Part shown: piece by piece, positions 25,265 to 33,900 of the stretch
Layout: each line of letters begins with the position of its first letter
Position numbering within the stretch: the stretch's first letter is position 1
Source of the DNA: an uncultured Phycisphaeraceae bacterium
GTDB taxonomy: Bacteria; Planctomycetota; Phycisphaerae; Phycisphaerales; UBA1924
Reading direction: 5' to 3'
Length of the DNA stretch: 41,085 nt
NCBI GenBank assembly: GCA_964516725.1
Contig: CAZEZV010000001.1
Span: forward strand, 1 to 41,085
Notes under the pieces: generated by a model
What the model saw: only the letters and a program-made list of their open reading frames with translations
Databases searched by the model: none
Told to the model about the DNA's origin: nothing
Made by a program: the position numbers and the translations under genes

Positions 25265-26656
25265 GTGGGCGGGATTGTGGCTCGATTTCTGGACCCGGTG
25301 ACGTCGCTGGTTGACGCGTTTGTGGCGTACCTGTGCGGAACCGACTTGGCAATCGTTCGTCGCGCGTTTGCGATCGAGTTTTTCGTGACATGCCTCGTCA
25401 TGATCACGATGGCGACGATCGAGGGTGGCGTGATCGCGGTCTTCGCGAAGCAGACGTTTGCATCGAGCGTGCCGGAATCGCAGCTCAACGTCATGGTCGG
25501 GCTCCTGGGGGCGATGGGGGAACTTGCGAACATCCTGAGTTTTTTCTGGAGCAGCGTGAGTCATGGCAAGCCCAAGGCGAAGTTGTTGTCTGTCATGTTG
25601 TCGTTGATGGTGCTCAGTGTCGGTGTGATCGCACTTGTGCCCAACAGTGGGCTGGGCGCATTGCTGCTGCTAACCGGGCTGGTGCTGGCGTCGAGAATCT
25701 GCTGGAGCGGGTTCGTCACGCTGCGACCCACGCTGTGGCGCGAGAATTACCCGCCGCAGGTGAGGACACGCGTGGTGGGGATTCTCTCATCGGTGCAGGT
25801 GTTGTGTGTTGCGACGATCGGCCCGGCGCTTGCGGCGACACTCGACTCAAACCCGGGCGCGTATCGCGTGTTTCTGCCGATCGCGGCGCTCTTTGGCGCG
25901 TGCGGGGCGATTCTTGCAACGCGGATGAGAATGCGGCACGAGGCGAGGATTGTTCGAGAAGAGCTCGCGGGCAGCGAAGACGGAAGCGGGACGTCGACCA
26001 AGACGATGAAGCCCTGGCACGGGCCTTTAGTGATGTTGCGTGTGCTGCGGCAGGACCGCTGGTACGCGCAGTTCATGCTGTGGATGTTTGTACTGGGCTT
26101 TGGCAACCTCACCATCACACCCACGCTCGTGATTTCATTGAAAGAAGAGTTTGGCTTCGGGCACCTGCAGAGCGTACTGGTCACGAGCACCGTGCCCTGC
26201 ATCTTCACGCTGCTGGCGATTCCGTTCTGGCGAAGATTGCTTGACAGCGCACACGTCGTGAAGTTTCGCAGCACGCATAGCTGGGTGTTTGTCGCTGGCG
26301 GCGTGTGCTACACGTGTGGAGCGTGGTTTGACGCCGCTGCGTGGTACTTCGCGGGCGCGGCGCTCATGGGCATCGGCTACGGCGGAGGCAGCCTCGCGTG
26401 GAACATCGGGCACGTGGACTTTGCGCGGCCCAGTGAGACGAGCCGGTACATGGCAACGCACGTCACGCTGAATGGCATTCGCGGGTTGCTCGCACCGATT
26501 GCGGTGACGACGGTGTACGAGTTGCTCAAGAAGAAGGGGCTCGACGCGCACTTGTGGGTGCAATTGGGGTCGCTGGTGATTTCGATGGTGGGAGCTGGCG
26601 GGTTTGTATATTTAAGGTGGCGGATGGGGAAGTTGATGGAGAAGAATCGGCGGTGA
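25265..26656 (+). CDS. MFS-type transporter
   Basis: 12-TM layout with a central charged loop (RMRMRHEARIVREELAGSEDG). The track ORF's N-terminal 81 aa cover the Family B repeat and are rejected. In-frame GTG at 25265 or 25277 is proposed as the start. Confidence 0.8.
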   Translation: MGGIVARFLDPVTSLVDAFVAYLCGTDLAIVRRAFAIEFFVTCLVMITMATIEGGVIAVFAKQTFASSVPESQLNVMVGLLGAMGELANILSFFWSSVSHGKPKAKLLSVMLSLMVLSVGVIALVPNSGLGALLLLTGLVLASRICWSGFVTLRPTLWRENYPPQVRTRVVGILSSVQVLCVATIGPALAATLDSNPGAYRVFLPIAALFGACGAILATRMRMRHEARIVREELAGSEDGSGTSTKTMKPWHGPLVMLRVLRQDRWYAQFMLWMFVLGFGNLTITPTLVISLKEEFGFGHLQSVLVTSTVPCIFTLLAIPFWRRLLDSAHVVKFRSTHSWVFVAGGVCYTCGAWFDAAAWYFAGAALMGIGYGGGSLAWNIGHVDFARPSETSRYMATHVTLNGIRGLLAPIAVTTVYELLKKKGLDAHLWVQLGSLVISMVGAGGFVYLRWRMGKLMEKNRR

Positions 26657-26668
26657 GTTGAAGTGACG

Positions 26669-29600
26669 TTAGATCGCAGGCACGATCTGGGGCGACGGTT
26701 CGAGCAGCAGTTTCTGTGGAGCAAACGGCGCGACGAGGCTGTCTGCATTGATGGTCACGCGCGACCAGGCGTGCTTAGCGACGACGTTGGCCGGTTGCGG
26801 GAGAGGTTCGATTCGAGAGTGCGGTGGCGCGTCGATGGCGGTTGGCGTGTCGAGCGCGCAGCAGCCGCAGGTGAGCATCCAGCGGTCAACAAACGACTCA
26901 ATGTCCTCGTAGGTCGCGTCGCAGCGCGTGAGTCGCGGGACGAACCAGGTGCGGGGGAGACAAGCGGGACCGCGCTTGGTGCGTTCGTCGAGGGCGTGCT
27001 GCATCGCTTCCCAGCACTGCTCGATCGTGTCGCGGTGCGAGCGGGCGAGCCAGGTTTCGGGCGTGTCGCCCGGCATGCCGATGCTGACAACGTCAACGCC
27101 CAGGTCCAACGCCTCGATGAGCGATTCTCCTTGCGTGCGAGTGATGTGTTCGTGCGAAGTGTGGACGTGAACGCCCGCAAAGCCCAGCGGCTTGGCAAGA
27201 CTTGCCAGTTCGCGCCAGGGGCCGCTGCCGGAGGCGTCGTGGATCGTCAGCGCGAGCGGTTGGCCTGCGTCTGCCGCAGCGTGGGACGCGATCCTGAGGC
27301 GCGACGCCAAGCTTGCAGTGTCGGCGACGTCACGCGAACAGGTGCTCAACTCGAAGACCTCGGGAAGTTTGGTTGCGGCGCTTTCAAGCCACGACGAGAA
27401 GGCGGTTGCAACTTCTGAGCCGGCCGAGAGCGTCACGTTCGTTTGTGAGGCGTGCTCGACGAAGGCGCGGAAGTTCGCATCGTCGTATGTGCAGCGCACG
27501 AGCACATCGCGCATTGCCGGCGGGACTTGCACGCAGAAGGGCTTGGCGATGGGGTCCGGCTGCGGCGTGCGCGGGTGGTAGCCCACGAGTTGGCCCAGTG
27601 TGCCCAAGATCGCGCGGGCGCTGTTTGAGGTGTCGGCATCACTTCTATGAGTGAAGCCGGCGAGCTGTGCGAGAATGTCGCTGCCGACGACCGCACCGGC
27701 GAGGCCAACGCCAGCCTGCGAGAAACAGAACGCATGGCGGCGCGGGGCTTCGCGATAGCGGGCGATTATCGTGTCAGTCGTTGTTGGGTCCAGGGCGATC
27801 CAATCTGCGCCAACGAGCAGTGCGGCGTCGATGCCGTGCTGCCGAGCGAGCGAGTTCCATAGTGCTGGGTGGAGAAGCTCGTCGTAGACGCTGAGGTTGG
27901 CGATACCGGTGCGCCAGGATTGGCGAGACCAGAGGCGGGCCGCGCGGACACTGCTGAGGCGGCTTTGGACTAACTCGGCTTGTTGATCGGTGACGGTGTG
28001 CACGCGGATCGGCTTTTTGCCCTGCTGAAAGAACCACTCTTTGCGAGAAGTGTCGTGCCCAAGCGGAGAGAGAAGCGATTCGGTGCGCAGCGCGTTGCCG
28101 GTGATGAGAAGGACACCGTCGAGTTCTTTCAACTGGCTCAGGCGATCAAGCGCCGCGGCGAGAATCGAAGCGTGGTTCTTGCCAGCGAAAACAACCTGTT
28201 GATCGAGCGCGCGCGGGCCGATCGCCGAGCGAGCGTGATCAACCCAGACGCACGCCCACACGTTGCGGCGCCGGCCGTCAACTCCCGTTTGGTCGGCGAG
28301 GTCGATGGATTGGGGCGTCACGCTGCGAGTTGGAGCGACACCAGTCTTGGTTGCGGCAAGAGTGTCGGCGAGCATGTCGCTGGCGGTGCTGGCGGACTCG
28401 CGCAGCCATGTGACGTTCTGAACATCTCGCTCGATTTGCTTGCGTTGCTTTTCAAGTGGCGAGAGCGAATCGTCAAGCTCGATGGCGCGGTCGGCTTTGA
28501 AGCGGTTGAACTGGCCTGTTTGATTCAGGTGTTGCACGAGCCAGTTGGCTTCGAGCGACGTGATCTCAACGGCCCGCTTCTGCACCCGATCAATCAGGCG
28601 ATTGACGAGAGCCTGGTCGCTGTGATGCTTGAGCATCTTGCTCAGGTCTTCGATGGTTTCCGCGCACGCGCCGCGGATTGTTGTGCATTCGCGCGAGAGT
28701 GTTTCGAGGCGGGCGCAGAGGGCTTGCTTGCGATCTGTGGTGGGACTTGGCGTTGGGAACGTCGCGAGCGGTTGCGTGGGCGCAAGCGGCGCGTCGGCAG
28801 GGGCGGCGACATCCGCGGTGAAAGAGACTTCGAGAGAGGATGCCGCCGGTGCAGCGGATGGGGATGGCGATGTTGCTGAAGTTGTGCGCAAAGCGCCGAG
28901 TTGCTCAAGTGCCTTGCGCAGCGGCATGATGCGCGTGTGCTGTTTCAGCACGCCGCCCTCGGTGGCGTCGATTGTGGTCTTGCCGGCGTCTTTGTCTCGC
29001 AAGAAGTCTCGCTCGAACTGGAGCAAGTACGTCGCCATCTGCTCATCGGTAAAAACGGGTCGGCCTTGCTGATCAAGGGTTTTGCGAAGGTGTGCGCGCA
29101 TGCGCATGATGCGTTGCCACTCGAGCATTTCGAGGGAGCAGAAGTCGTTGAGTTCGGCGGACCAGACTTGGTGAATCGCCGCGCCGGGGGCGTAGTACTG
29201 GCCATCAGTGAAGCCAAGGTCTTGGCCGATGAGCAGCACAGGGTCGCAGCCCAGGTACCGCGCGAGGTAATAGGAAAGATGAGCGACGGTCGCGCCCATG
29301 GGGAGTTGGCCCATGTCGCGAGCGAGTGACTTGCCCAGGACGCGCGTGAGCGTGTCATCGTGAACGCAGCGGATGGTGCCAGGAAACGCACGAAGGATCG
29401 CGCAGTTGGCTTTGGGTTCGACGACGAGCGTGACACCTTCGACGTCTTCCCTCGTGAGGCCTTCGTAGAAGCGACTGCTGATCTCGTGATAGTCCAGTGC
29501 CGTCACGAAGTGTGGCTTGATGCCCTTCGAGAGCAATTGCTTCAGAACCGTTTGCGCGGCGATGATGACAACGCGATCGCGGATGCCGGGAGTCAGCAGT

Positions 29601-30475
29601 ATGTCAATGTTGCGGCGCAGGCTTGGACCGGCGGAGACGACGATCGCCGGGCGATCTTTCTGGCTGTCTTTGAGGTCGGCGATGCCAGGAGCGTGGAGGT
29701 ACACGTTGGCGTTGCCGAGCAGGTTGCGCAGTGTGATTTCAGAGTGCGCAAGCGTGGTGATGACGTTGGTGCGGACACCTTTGACGACGGTGGTGAGGGT
29801 GTTGGCAAAGGTCTCGCCATCAGTGCCGATGCGCAGTTTGCTGGAGGGATGGTCAACAAGCGAAACGCCCGCAGCGACGAGGCCTTCGAGGCCTTCAAGC
29901 CCGGCGGCAGTCGGACCGGTTTCGTCGGCGCGAGTGATGAGGATGAAGCGGGTTTGGCTCAGCCACGGTGTGCAGTCGATTCGACCAAGCACGTCGCGCA
30001 AGAGAGACACATCGGGCTCAAAGCAGATGATGAGGCCCGTGCCACTCACGCGCTGGGCGAGGTGGCGCAGATGGTGACCAAGGGCAAAGCCGCGGACGAC
30101 GATCGCCGCGCTGGCTTTGATGTCGACGCTCTCGGCAAGGCGCTTGGCTTCGGTGTCGGCGGCGCGGGCGCTTGCAAGGAGCCTGCCCCCACTCTTGTCA
30201 AGGCGCGCGGTCAGCAGGTTGTCGTCGCTGTGCAGGAACGTAACGCCGAACGAGGGCTGCGCGGCGCGGATGTCGCGCACGGCGGACGCGCTGCGGAAGG
30301 CGAGGGCCCCCAGGTTGCGCTCGAGGGTGTTGTGGTCGAAGGGGGGGGGCGGGGCAGAGGTTTGTTGTTGGGTGTTGGTCACAGGGCGCTCCGCGCAGGG
30401 GACGACGCCGGCATCCTGCCGGGGACTTGGAGTCATCGGCGGGACTGTGCGATTTTCAGCAAAATCATAGGGCAT
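26669..30475 (-). CDS. Maf-type (DUF115/MptE-like) flagellin glycosyltransferase fused to a ~600-aa C-terminal extension
   Basis: 1268 aa from ATG 30475. The N-terminal half has the Maf core (PAIVVSAGPSL, FVTALDYHE, LIGQDLGFTDGQYY, IDATEGG). After a P/A/S linker and a helical region come an SpsF/cytidylyltransferase-like stretch (VWACVWVDHARSAIGP...GKNHASILAAALDRLSQLKELDGVLLITGN) and a TIM-barrel-like segment that resembles a radical-SAM core but lacks the CxxxCxxC triad (VFELSTCSRDVADT). Confidence 0.9.
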   Translation of the reverse strand: MPYDFAENRTVPPMTPSPRQDAGVVPCAERPVTNTQQQTSAPPPPFDHNTLERNLGALAFRSASAVRDIRAAQPSFGVTFLHSDDNLLTARLDKSGGRLLASARAADTEAKRLAESVDIKASAAIVVRGFALGHHLRHLAQRVSGTGLIICFEPDVSLLRDVLGRIDCTPWLSQTRFILITRADETGPTAAGLEGLEGLVAAGVSLVDHPSSKLRIGTDGETFANTLTTVVKGVRTNVITTLAHSEITLRNLLGNANVYLHAPGIADLKDSQKDRPAIVVSAGPSLRRNIDILLTPGIRDRVVIIAAQTVLKQLLSKGIKPHFVTALDYHEISSRFYEGLTREDVEGVTLVVEPKANCAILRAFPGTIRCVHDDTLTRVLGKSLARDMGQLPMGATVAHLSYYLARYLGCDPVLLIGQDLGFTDGQYYAPGAAIHQVWSAELNDFCSLEMLEWQRIMRMRAHLRKTLDQQGRPVFTDEQMATYLLQFERDFLRDKDAGKTTIDATEGGVLKQHTRIMPLRKALEQLGALRTTSATSPSPSAAPAASSLEVSFTADVAAPADAPLAPTQPLATFPTPSPTTDRKQALCARLETLSRECTTIRGACAETIEDLSKMLKHHSDQALVNRLIDRVQKRAVEITSLEANWLVQHLNQTGQFNRFKADRAIELDDSLSPLEKQRKQIERDVQNVTWLRESASTASDMLADTLAATKTGVAPTRSVTPQSIDLADQTGVDGRRRNVWACVWVDHARSAIGPRALDQQVVFAGKNHASILAAALDRLSQLKELDGVLLITGNALRTESLLSPLGHDTSRKEWFFQQGKKPIRVHTVTDQQAELVQSRLSSVRAARLWSRQSWRTGIANLSVYDELLHPALWNSLARQHGIDAALLVGADWIALDPTTTDTIIARYREAPRRHAFCFSQAGVGLAGAVVGSDILAQLAGFTHRSDADTSNSARAILGTLGQLVGYHPRTPQPDPIAKPFCVQVPPAMRDVLVRCTYDDANFRAFVEHASQTNVTLSAGSEVATAFSSWLESAATKLPEVFELSTCSRDVADTASLASRLRIASHAAADAGQPLALTIHDASGSGPWRELASLAKPLGFAGVHVHTSHEHITRTQGESLIEALDLGVDVVSIGMPGDTPETWLARSHRDTIEQCWEAMQHALDERTKRGPACLPRTWFVPRLTRCDATYEDIESFVDRWMLTCGCCALDTPTAIDAPPHSRIEPLPQPANVVAKHAWSRVTINADSLVAPFAPQKLLLEPSPQIVPAI

Positions 30476-30525
30476 TTCGGCGATTTTGAGAACGTGGTGC
30501 GAAGAATGTCAACACCAGCGGGCTT

Positions 30526-31227
30526 GTGAGCGTACAACAGAGCGTGCTTTTTCTTGCCCAGCAATCTGGCGGCGGCTCTGGCGGTCTTAGCGGCATTCTG
30601 GACATTCCGGCCCCCCCACCATTGCCGTCAGGCGGCGGGTTGCAGGCGTTTTTGTTCGAGAAACCTTGGGTCGGGGTTGCGATCCTTGCGCTGACGGGCA
30701 TCGGGCTGCTGGTGTTTTATGCAAAGCGAGAGCAGTTCAAGCTCGGTGCGCAACGGGGCGGGCCGCTTTTGATCTTGGCAGGGGTGTGGGTGCTCGCCGC
30801 GGCGTTGATCGAAACGCGGCATGAGCAGATGCGGATGGCGACGCAGCGCCTCATTGAATCGGTGACGCGGGCGGACAGCAACACTCTGCGGCAGCAACTC
30901 ACGCGCGACGCCAAGTTGCTGTACTACGGCGGGCTGCCATTGCAAGCGATTCTGGATCGCGTCGTGGCGGAGATGGGGCCGGGGAAGGAGTACAACGTCA
31001 GCGAGTTTTCGATTGTGGAGTTTCAGTCGCAGGGCTTGAAGGAAGCAGTGGGCATTTCCGCGGGGCAAGCGGGCGGAGTTGTTCAGGTAAAGGTGCGGGT
31101 GGTGTCGAGCGTGTATGGCGTACCGCACCTGTCGTGGTGGAGGCTGGACATGATCCAGGACCCGGATGGTGAGTGGCGGACGTCGGTGATTTCACCGCTG
31201 GCGATTCAGTTTCGATCGTTGCAGTAG
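30526..31227 (+). CDS. hypothetical membrane protein (2 TM + soluble domain)
   Basis: GTG start. G/P-rich N-terminus, TM helices WVGVAILALTGIGLLVF and LLILAGVWVLAAALI, then a domain of about 130 aa. Divergent from maf. Confidence 0.65.
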   Translation: MSVQQSVLFLAQQSGGGSGGLSGILDIPAPPPLPSGGGLQAFLFEKPWVGVAILALTGIGLLVFYAKREQFKLGAQRGGPLLILAGVWVLAAALIETRHEQMRMATQRLIESVTRADSNTLRQQLTRDAKLLYYGGLPLQAILDRVVAEMGPGKEYNVSEFSIVEFQSQGLKEAVGISAGQAGGVVQVKVRVVSSVYGVPHLSWWRLDMIQDPDGEWRTSVISPLAIQFRSLQ

Positions 31228-31301
31228 ACGCGATGTTGTTTGGCCGATAGAGGATGGCCGGAGCGCAGTGTTTCAGCGCCGTGATACGCTCTCCGCCCCG
31301 C

Positions 31302-32258
31302 ATGCCCACCCCTGTCGCCAGCCTCCTCATCAACACGCTCAACCGCAAGGACGACTTGCGCATCGCGCTCAATTCTGTCTTTGAGCAGACAGTGCCGCTC
31401 GAGGTGATTGTCGTGGATGATGGCTCGACAGACGGTACCAGCGATATGGTGCGGGCCGAGTTTCCGCAGGTGAAGATGCTCCGGAACGAGCAGCCGCTGG
31501 GAATCATCGCGGCGAGAAATCGTGCGGCGCATGAAGCGACGCACAACATCATGTTCACGATGGATGATGACGCGACGTTTTCGTCAAAGACGACTGCGGA
31601 GCGAGTGCTGAAGCGATTTGATCATCCGCGAGTGGGCGCTGTGACTCTGCCGCTGATTGATCACATTGAAGGGGTGGCGCAGAAGCCGTCTCTGCCGATC
31701 AGCGAGGAGACGCCTGCGGACTTTCCCGTGACGTTTGCGTATACGGGTGGCGGCAACGCGAAACGGCGGGACTTGTTCCTGGCGCTGGGCGGGTATGGCG
31801 GCGTCGGGAGGCAAGGGGAAGAGTCGAATTACTGCATCAAGATGCTCAGCGCGGGATACATCGTGCGGATCGCGTGCGCGGGGTGGCTCAATCACTATCC
31901 GATCGTCAAGAAGCGCGACGAGAACAAGATCGCGTATTCGGGGGCGATGAACCGCGTGATTTACACGATGCAGCACGTGCCGTTTCCGGAGGTTGTGAAG
32001 CACATGGCTGGGGTGCTGGTGAATCAGGTTCGCGTTGGGATTCGTGACGGGCGGCTGAAGCACTGCTTGAAGGGTGTGTGGGATGGGTGGTGTTGGTATC
32101 GCGCGAATCGACAGGTTCGCAAGCCGATCACGTCGCAGGTGTATCAGTTGAGCCGGGTGCTTGTGACGAAGGAGGCGCTGCCATTTTCGGAGGTTGAGGG
32201 GATGCTGCCGCCCATGAAGACGGTGGAAGAGATTCGGGAGATGAGTGGTGCAGGGTGA
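31302..32258 (+). CDS. family 2 glycosyltransferase
   Basis: ATG 31302 gives MPTPVASLLINTLNR. GT2 motifs LEVIVVDDGSTDGT and FTMDDDATF. Confidence 0.9.
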   Translation: MPTPVASLLINTLNRKDDLRIALNSVFEQTVPLEVIVVDDGSTDGTSDMVRAEFPQVKMLRNEQPLGIIAARNRAAHEATHNIMFTMDDDATFSSKTTAERVLKRFDHPRVGAVTLPLIDHIEGVAQKPSLPISEETPADFPVTFAYTGGGNAKRRDLFLALGGYGGVGRQGEESNYCIKMLSAGYIVRIACAGWLNHYPIVKKRDENKIAYSGAMNRVIYTMQHVPFPEVVKHMAGVLVNQVRVGIRDGRLKHCLKGVWDGWCWYRANRQVRKPITSQVYQLSRVLVTKEALPFSEVEGMLPPMKTVEEIREMSGAG

Positions 32259-32273
32259 TCAAGCACGAGTATT

Positions 32274-32482
32274 CTGCCGCAACGCGGCAGAGGTGAATAG
32301 CCGTGGATAGCCGCGAAGCGGCATCCACGGCGCTGTGTTGGCACAAAGCAGCACCACGACGTGGTGCAGGAAAGTGTGTTGCCGCACCATCATCGCTTCG
32401 CGATGACACATCCAAGAACGCGCGTTCCGTGGATGCCGCTTCGCGGCTATCCACGGCTATTGACCGAGACGGCTACGCCGTC
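32274..32482. repeat. Family C 209-bp mosaic palindromic element, copy 2
   Basis: The arms aatagccgtggatagccgcgaagcggcatccacgg (32296-32330) and 32427-32461 are perfect reverse complements (35 of 35). Each arm is also its own hairpin (ccgtggat-a-gccgc-gaa-gcggc-atccacgg). Outer hairpins ctgccgc-aac-gcggcag and gacggc-tac-gccgtc, and a central hairpin gcaccac-gacg-gtggtgc. Confidence 0.9.
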
Positions 32483-32573
32483 CAAGCAAGGGCGGTTTGG
32501 GGACCTTTGCGGCGCGACGATCTTGTTGACGCGCGTGATCTGACATTTCGAGAGTTGCGGAGTACCGTTGCAC

Positions 32574-33566
32574 ATGTCAACAACAGCGCAGCAGATTCCG
32601 GCCGGTTCTCGAGTCATTGTGACCGGCGGGGCGGGGTTTTTAGGCAAGTTTGTGATCGAGAAGCTGCTCGCGCGAGGAGTGACGCGCGACAACATCTTCA
32701 TTCCGCGCCGCAAGGACTTTGACTTGACGCAGCAGGCCGACGTCGCTCGCATGTATCGCACGGCGTTCAAGCACTTCCCGCCTGATCTTGTGATTCACCT
32801 CGCTGCGGAGGTTGGCGGGATCGGCGCGAACCAGAAGAATCCGGGTCGGTACTTCTACGCGAACATGGCAATGGCGCTGCACTTGATTGAGCAGTTCCGC
32901 GAGGAGGGACTGGTTTCGCGCGGAGCGAAGTTTGTGCAGGTTGGGACCATCTGCGCGTATCCAAAGTTCACGCCGGTGCCGTTCAAGGAAGAGGACTTGT
33001 GGAACGGGTATCCGGAAGAGACCAACGCGCCGTATGGCGTTGCCAAGAAAGCCGCGTGGCAGATGCTGGACGCGTACAAACTGCAGTACGGCATGAAGAG
33101 CGCATATGTGCTGCCGGTGAACTTGTATGGGCCGGGCGACAACTTTGACTTGTTCAGCAGCCATGTGATCCCCGCGCTGATTCGCAAGGCGGTTGTGGCT
33201 CAAGAGCGCGGAGACAAAGAGATCGTGTGCTGGGGCACAGGCAGCGCGTCGCGCGAGTTCTTGTACGTTGAAGACGCGGCGGAGGGAACGCTGCGCGCGG
33301 CAGAAGTCATGGACTCCCCCACGCCTCTCAACCTTGGCGCCGGCTTCGAAATCAAGATCAAGGACCTTGTCGAGTTGATCGTGAAGCTGGTGGGGTTCAA
33401 GGGGAACATCGTGTGGGACACGAGCAAGCCCGACGGACAGCCGCGGCGGCAATTGAGCGTTGAGTTGGCGGCGAAGCAGCTTGGTTGGCGGGCACAAGTG
33501 CCGTTTGAGGAGGGGCTCAAGCGGACGATTGCATGGTTCAGGGATCACAAGGGCAAGATCAAGTAA
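32574..33566 (+). CDS. fcl: GDP-L-fucose synthase (GDP-4-keto-6-deoxy-D-mannose 3,5-epimerase/4-reductase)
   Basis: The track start is TTG; ATG 32574 is used. [36 protein letters not shown] and NLYGPGDNF fit the Fcl/WcaG pattern. Confidence 0.93.
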   Translation: MSTTAQQIPAGSRVIVTGGAGFLGKFVIEKLLARGVTRDNIFIPRRKDFDLTQQADVARMYRTAFKHFPPDLVIHLAAEVGGIGANQKNPGRYFYANMAMALHLIEQFREEGLVSRGAKFVQVGTICAYPKFTPVPFKEEDLWNGYPEETNAPYGVAKKAAWQMLDAYKLQYGMKSAYVLPVNLYGPGDNFDLFSSHVIPALIRKAVVAQERGDKEIVCWGTGSASREFLYVEDAAEGTLRAAEVMDSPTPLNLGAGFEIKIKDLVELIVKLVGFKGNIVWDTSKPDGQPRRQLSVELAAKQLGWRAQVPFEEGLKRTIAWFRDHKGKIK

Positions 33567-33605
33567 TTGCAACGAGCTCGCGTCGCGCGGGGCGTGAAAC
33601 AGGGA

Positions 33606-33726
33606 GTTCGCTCACCACAGAGGCACAGCGAACGAAAGAGAATGAGATGGATTGTGTACCCACGTTTCTACTTTCCAGTTTTCCTTTTCCGCTCTCTGTG
33701 ACTTTGTGACTCTGTGGTGAGCGAAC
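33606..33726. repeat. Family A long hairpin repeat, copy 3
   Basis: gttcgctcaccacagag (33606-33622) is the exact reverse complement of 33710-33726. It shares the cacagag / gcgaacga / tgagatgg motifs with copy 2 and has a CT-rich right arm (ttttccttttccgctctctgtg). Confidence 0.8.
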
Positions 33727-33900
33727 CAGACACGAGATCGATTGGGCACGGCATGGCAACGCGGTTATTGGCCGCGACGCATGCATGATGACGCACATTT
33801 CGCGCGATCGTCCTGTGCGCGTGCGATTCAGCCACACGATTTTCCATCGCGTTCCAACTCGCCGCGAAGGCGCGCACTATGAGTGCCGATTGTCGGTTTG

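Noticed and set aside
27980-30529. Plus-strand ORFs of 299 and 389 aa (27980-28879, 29360-30529)
   Set aside because: Antisense to the Maf fusion gene. Gly/Arg/Asp-rich with no motifs. Shadow ORFs.
32640-33572. 310-aa minus-strand ORF
   Set aside because: Fully antisense to fcl, which has unambiguous SDR motifs. Shadow ORF.
33749-33765. Sigma-54-like string GGGCACGGCATGGCA upstream of flagellin
   Set aside because: The GG-to-GC spacing is one nucleotide too short and the -12 element reads TGGC instead of TTGC.
33885-33892. Sigma-28 -10-like GCCGATTG upstream of flagellin
   Set aside because: It lies only ~9 nt before the flagellin ATG, so a transcript would lack a leader, and there is no TAAA-like -35 element at the right distance. 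I could not identify a flagellin promoter.
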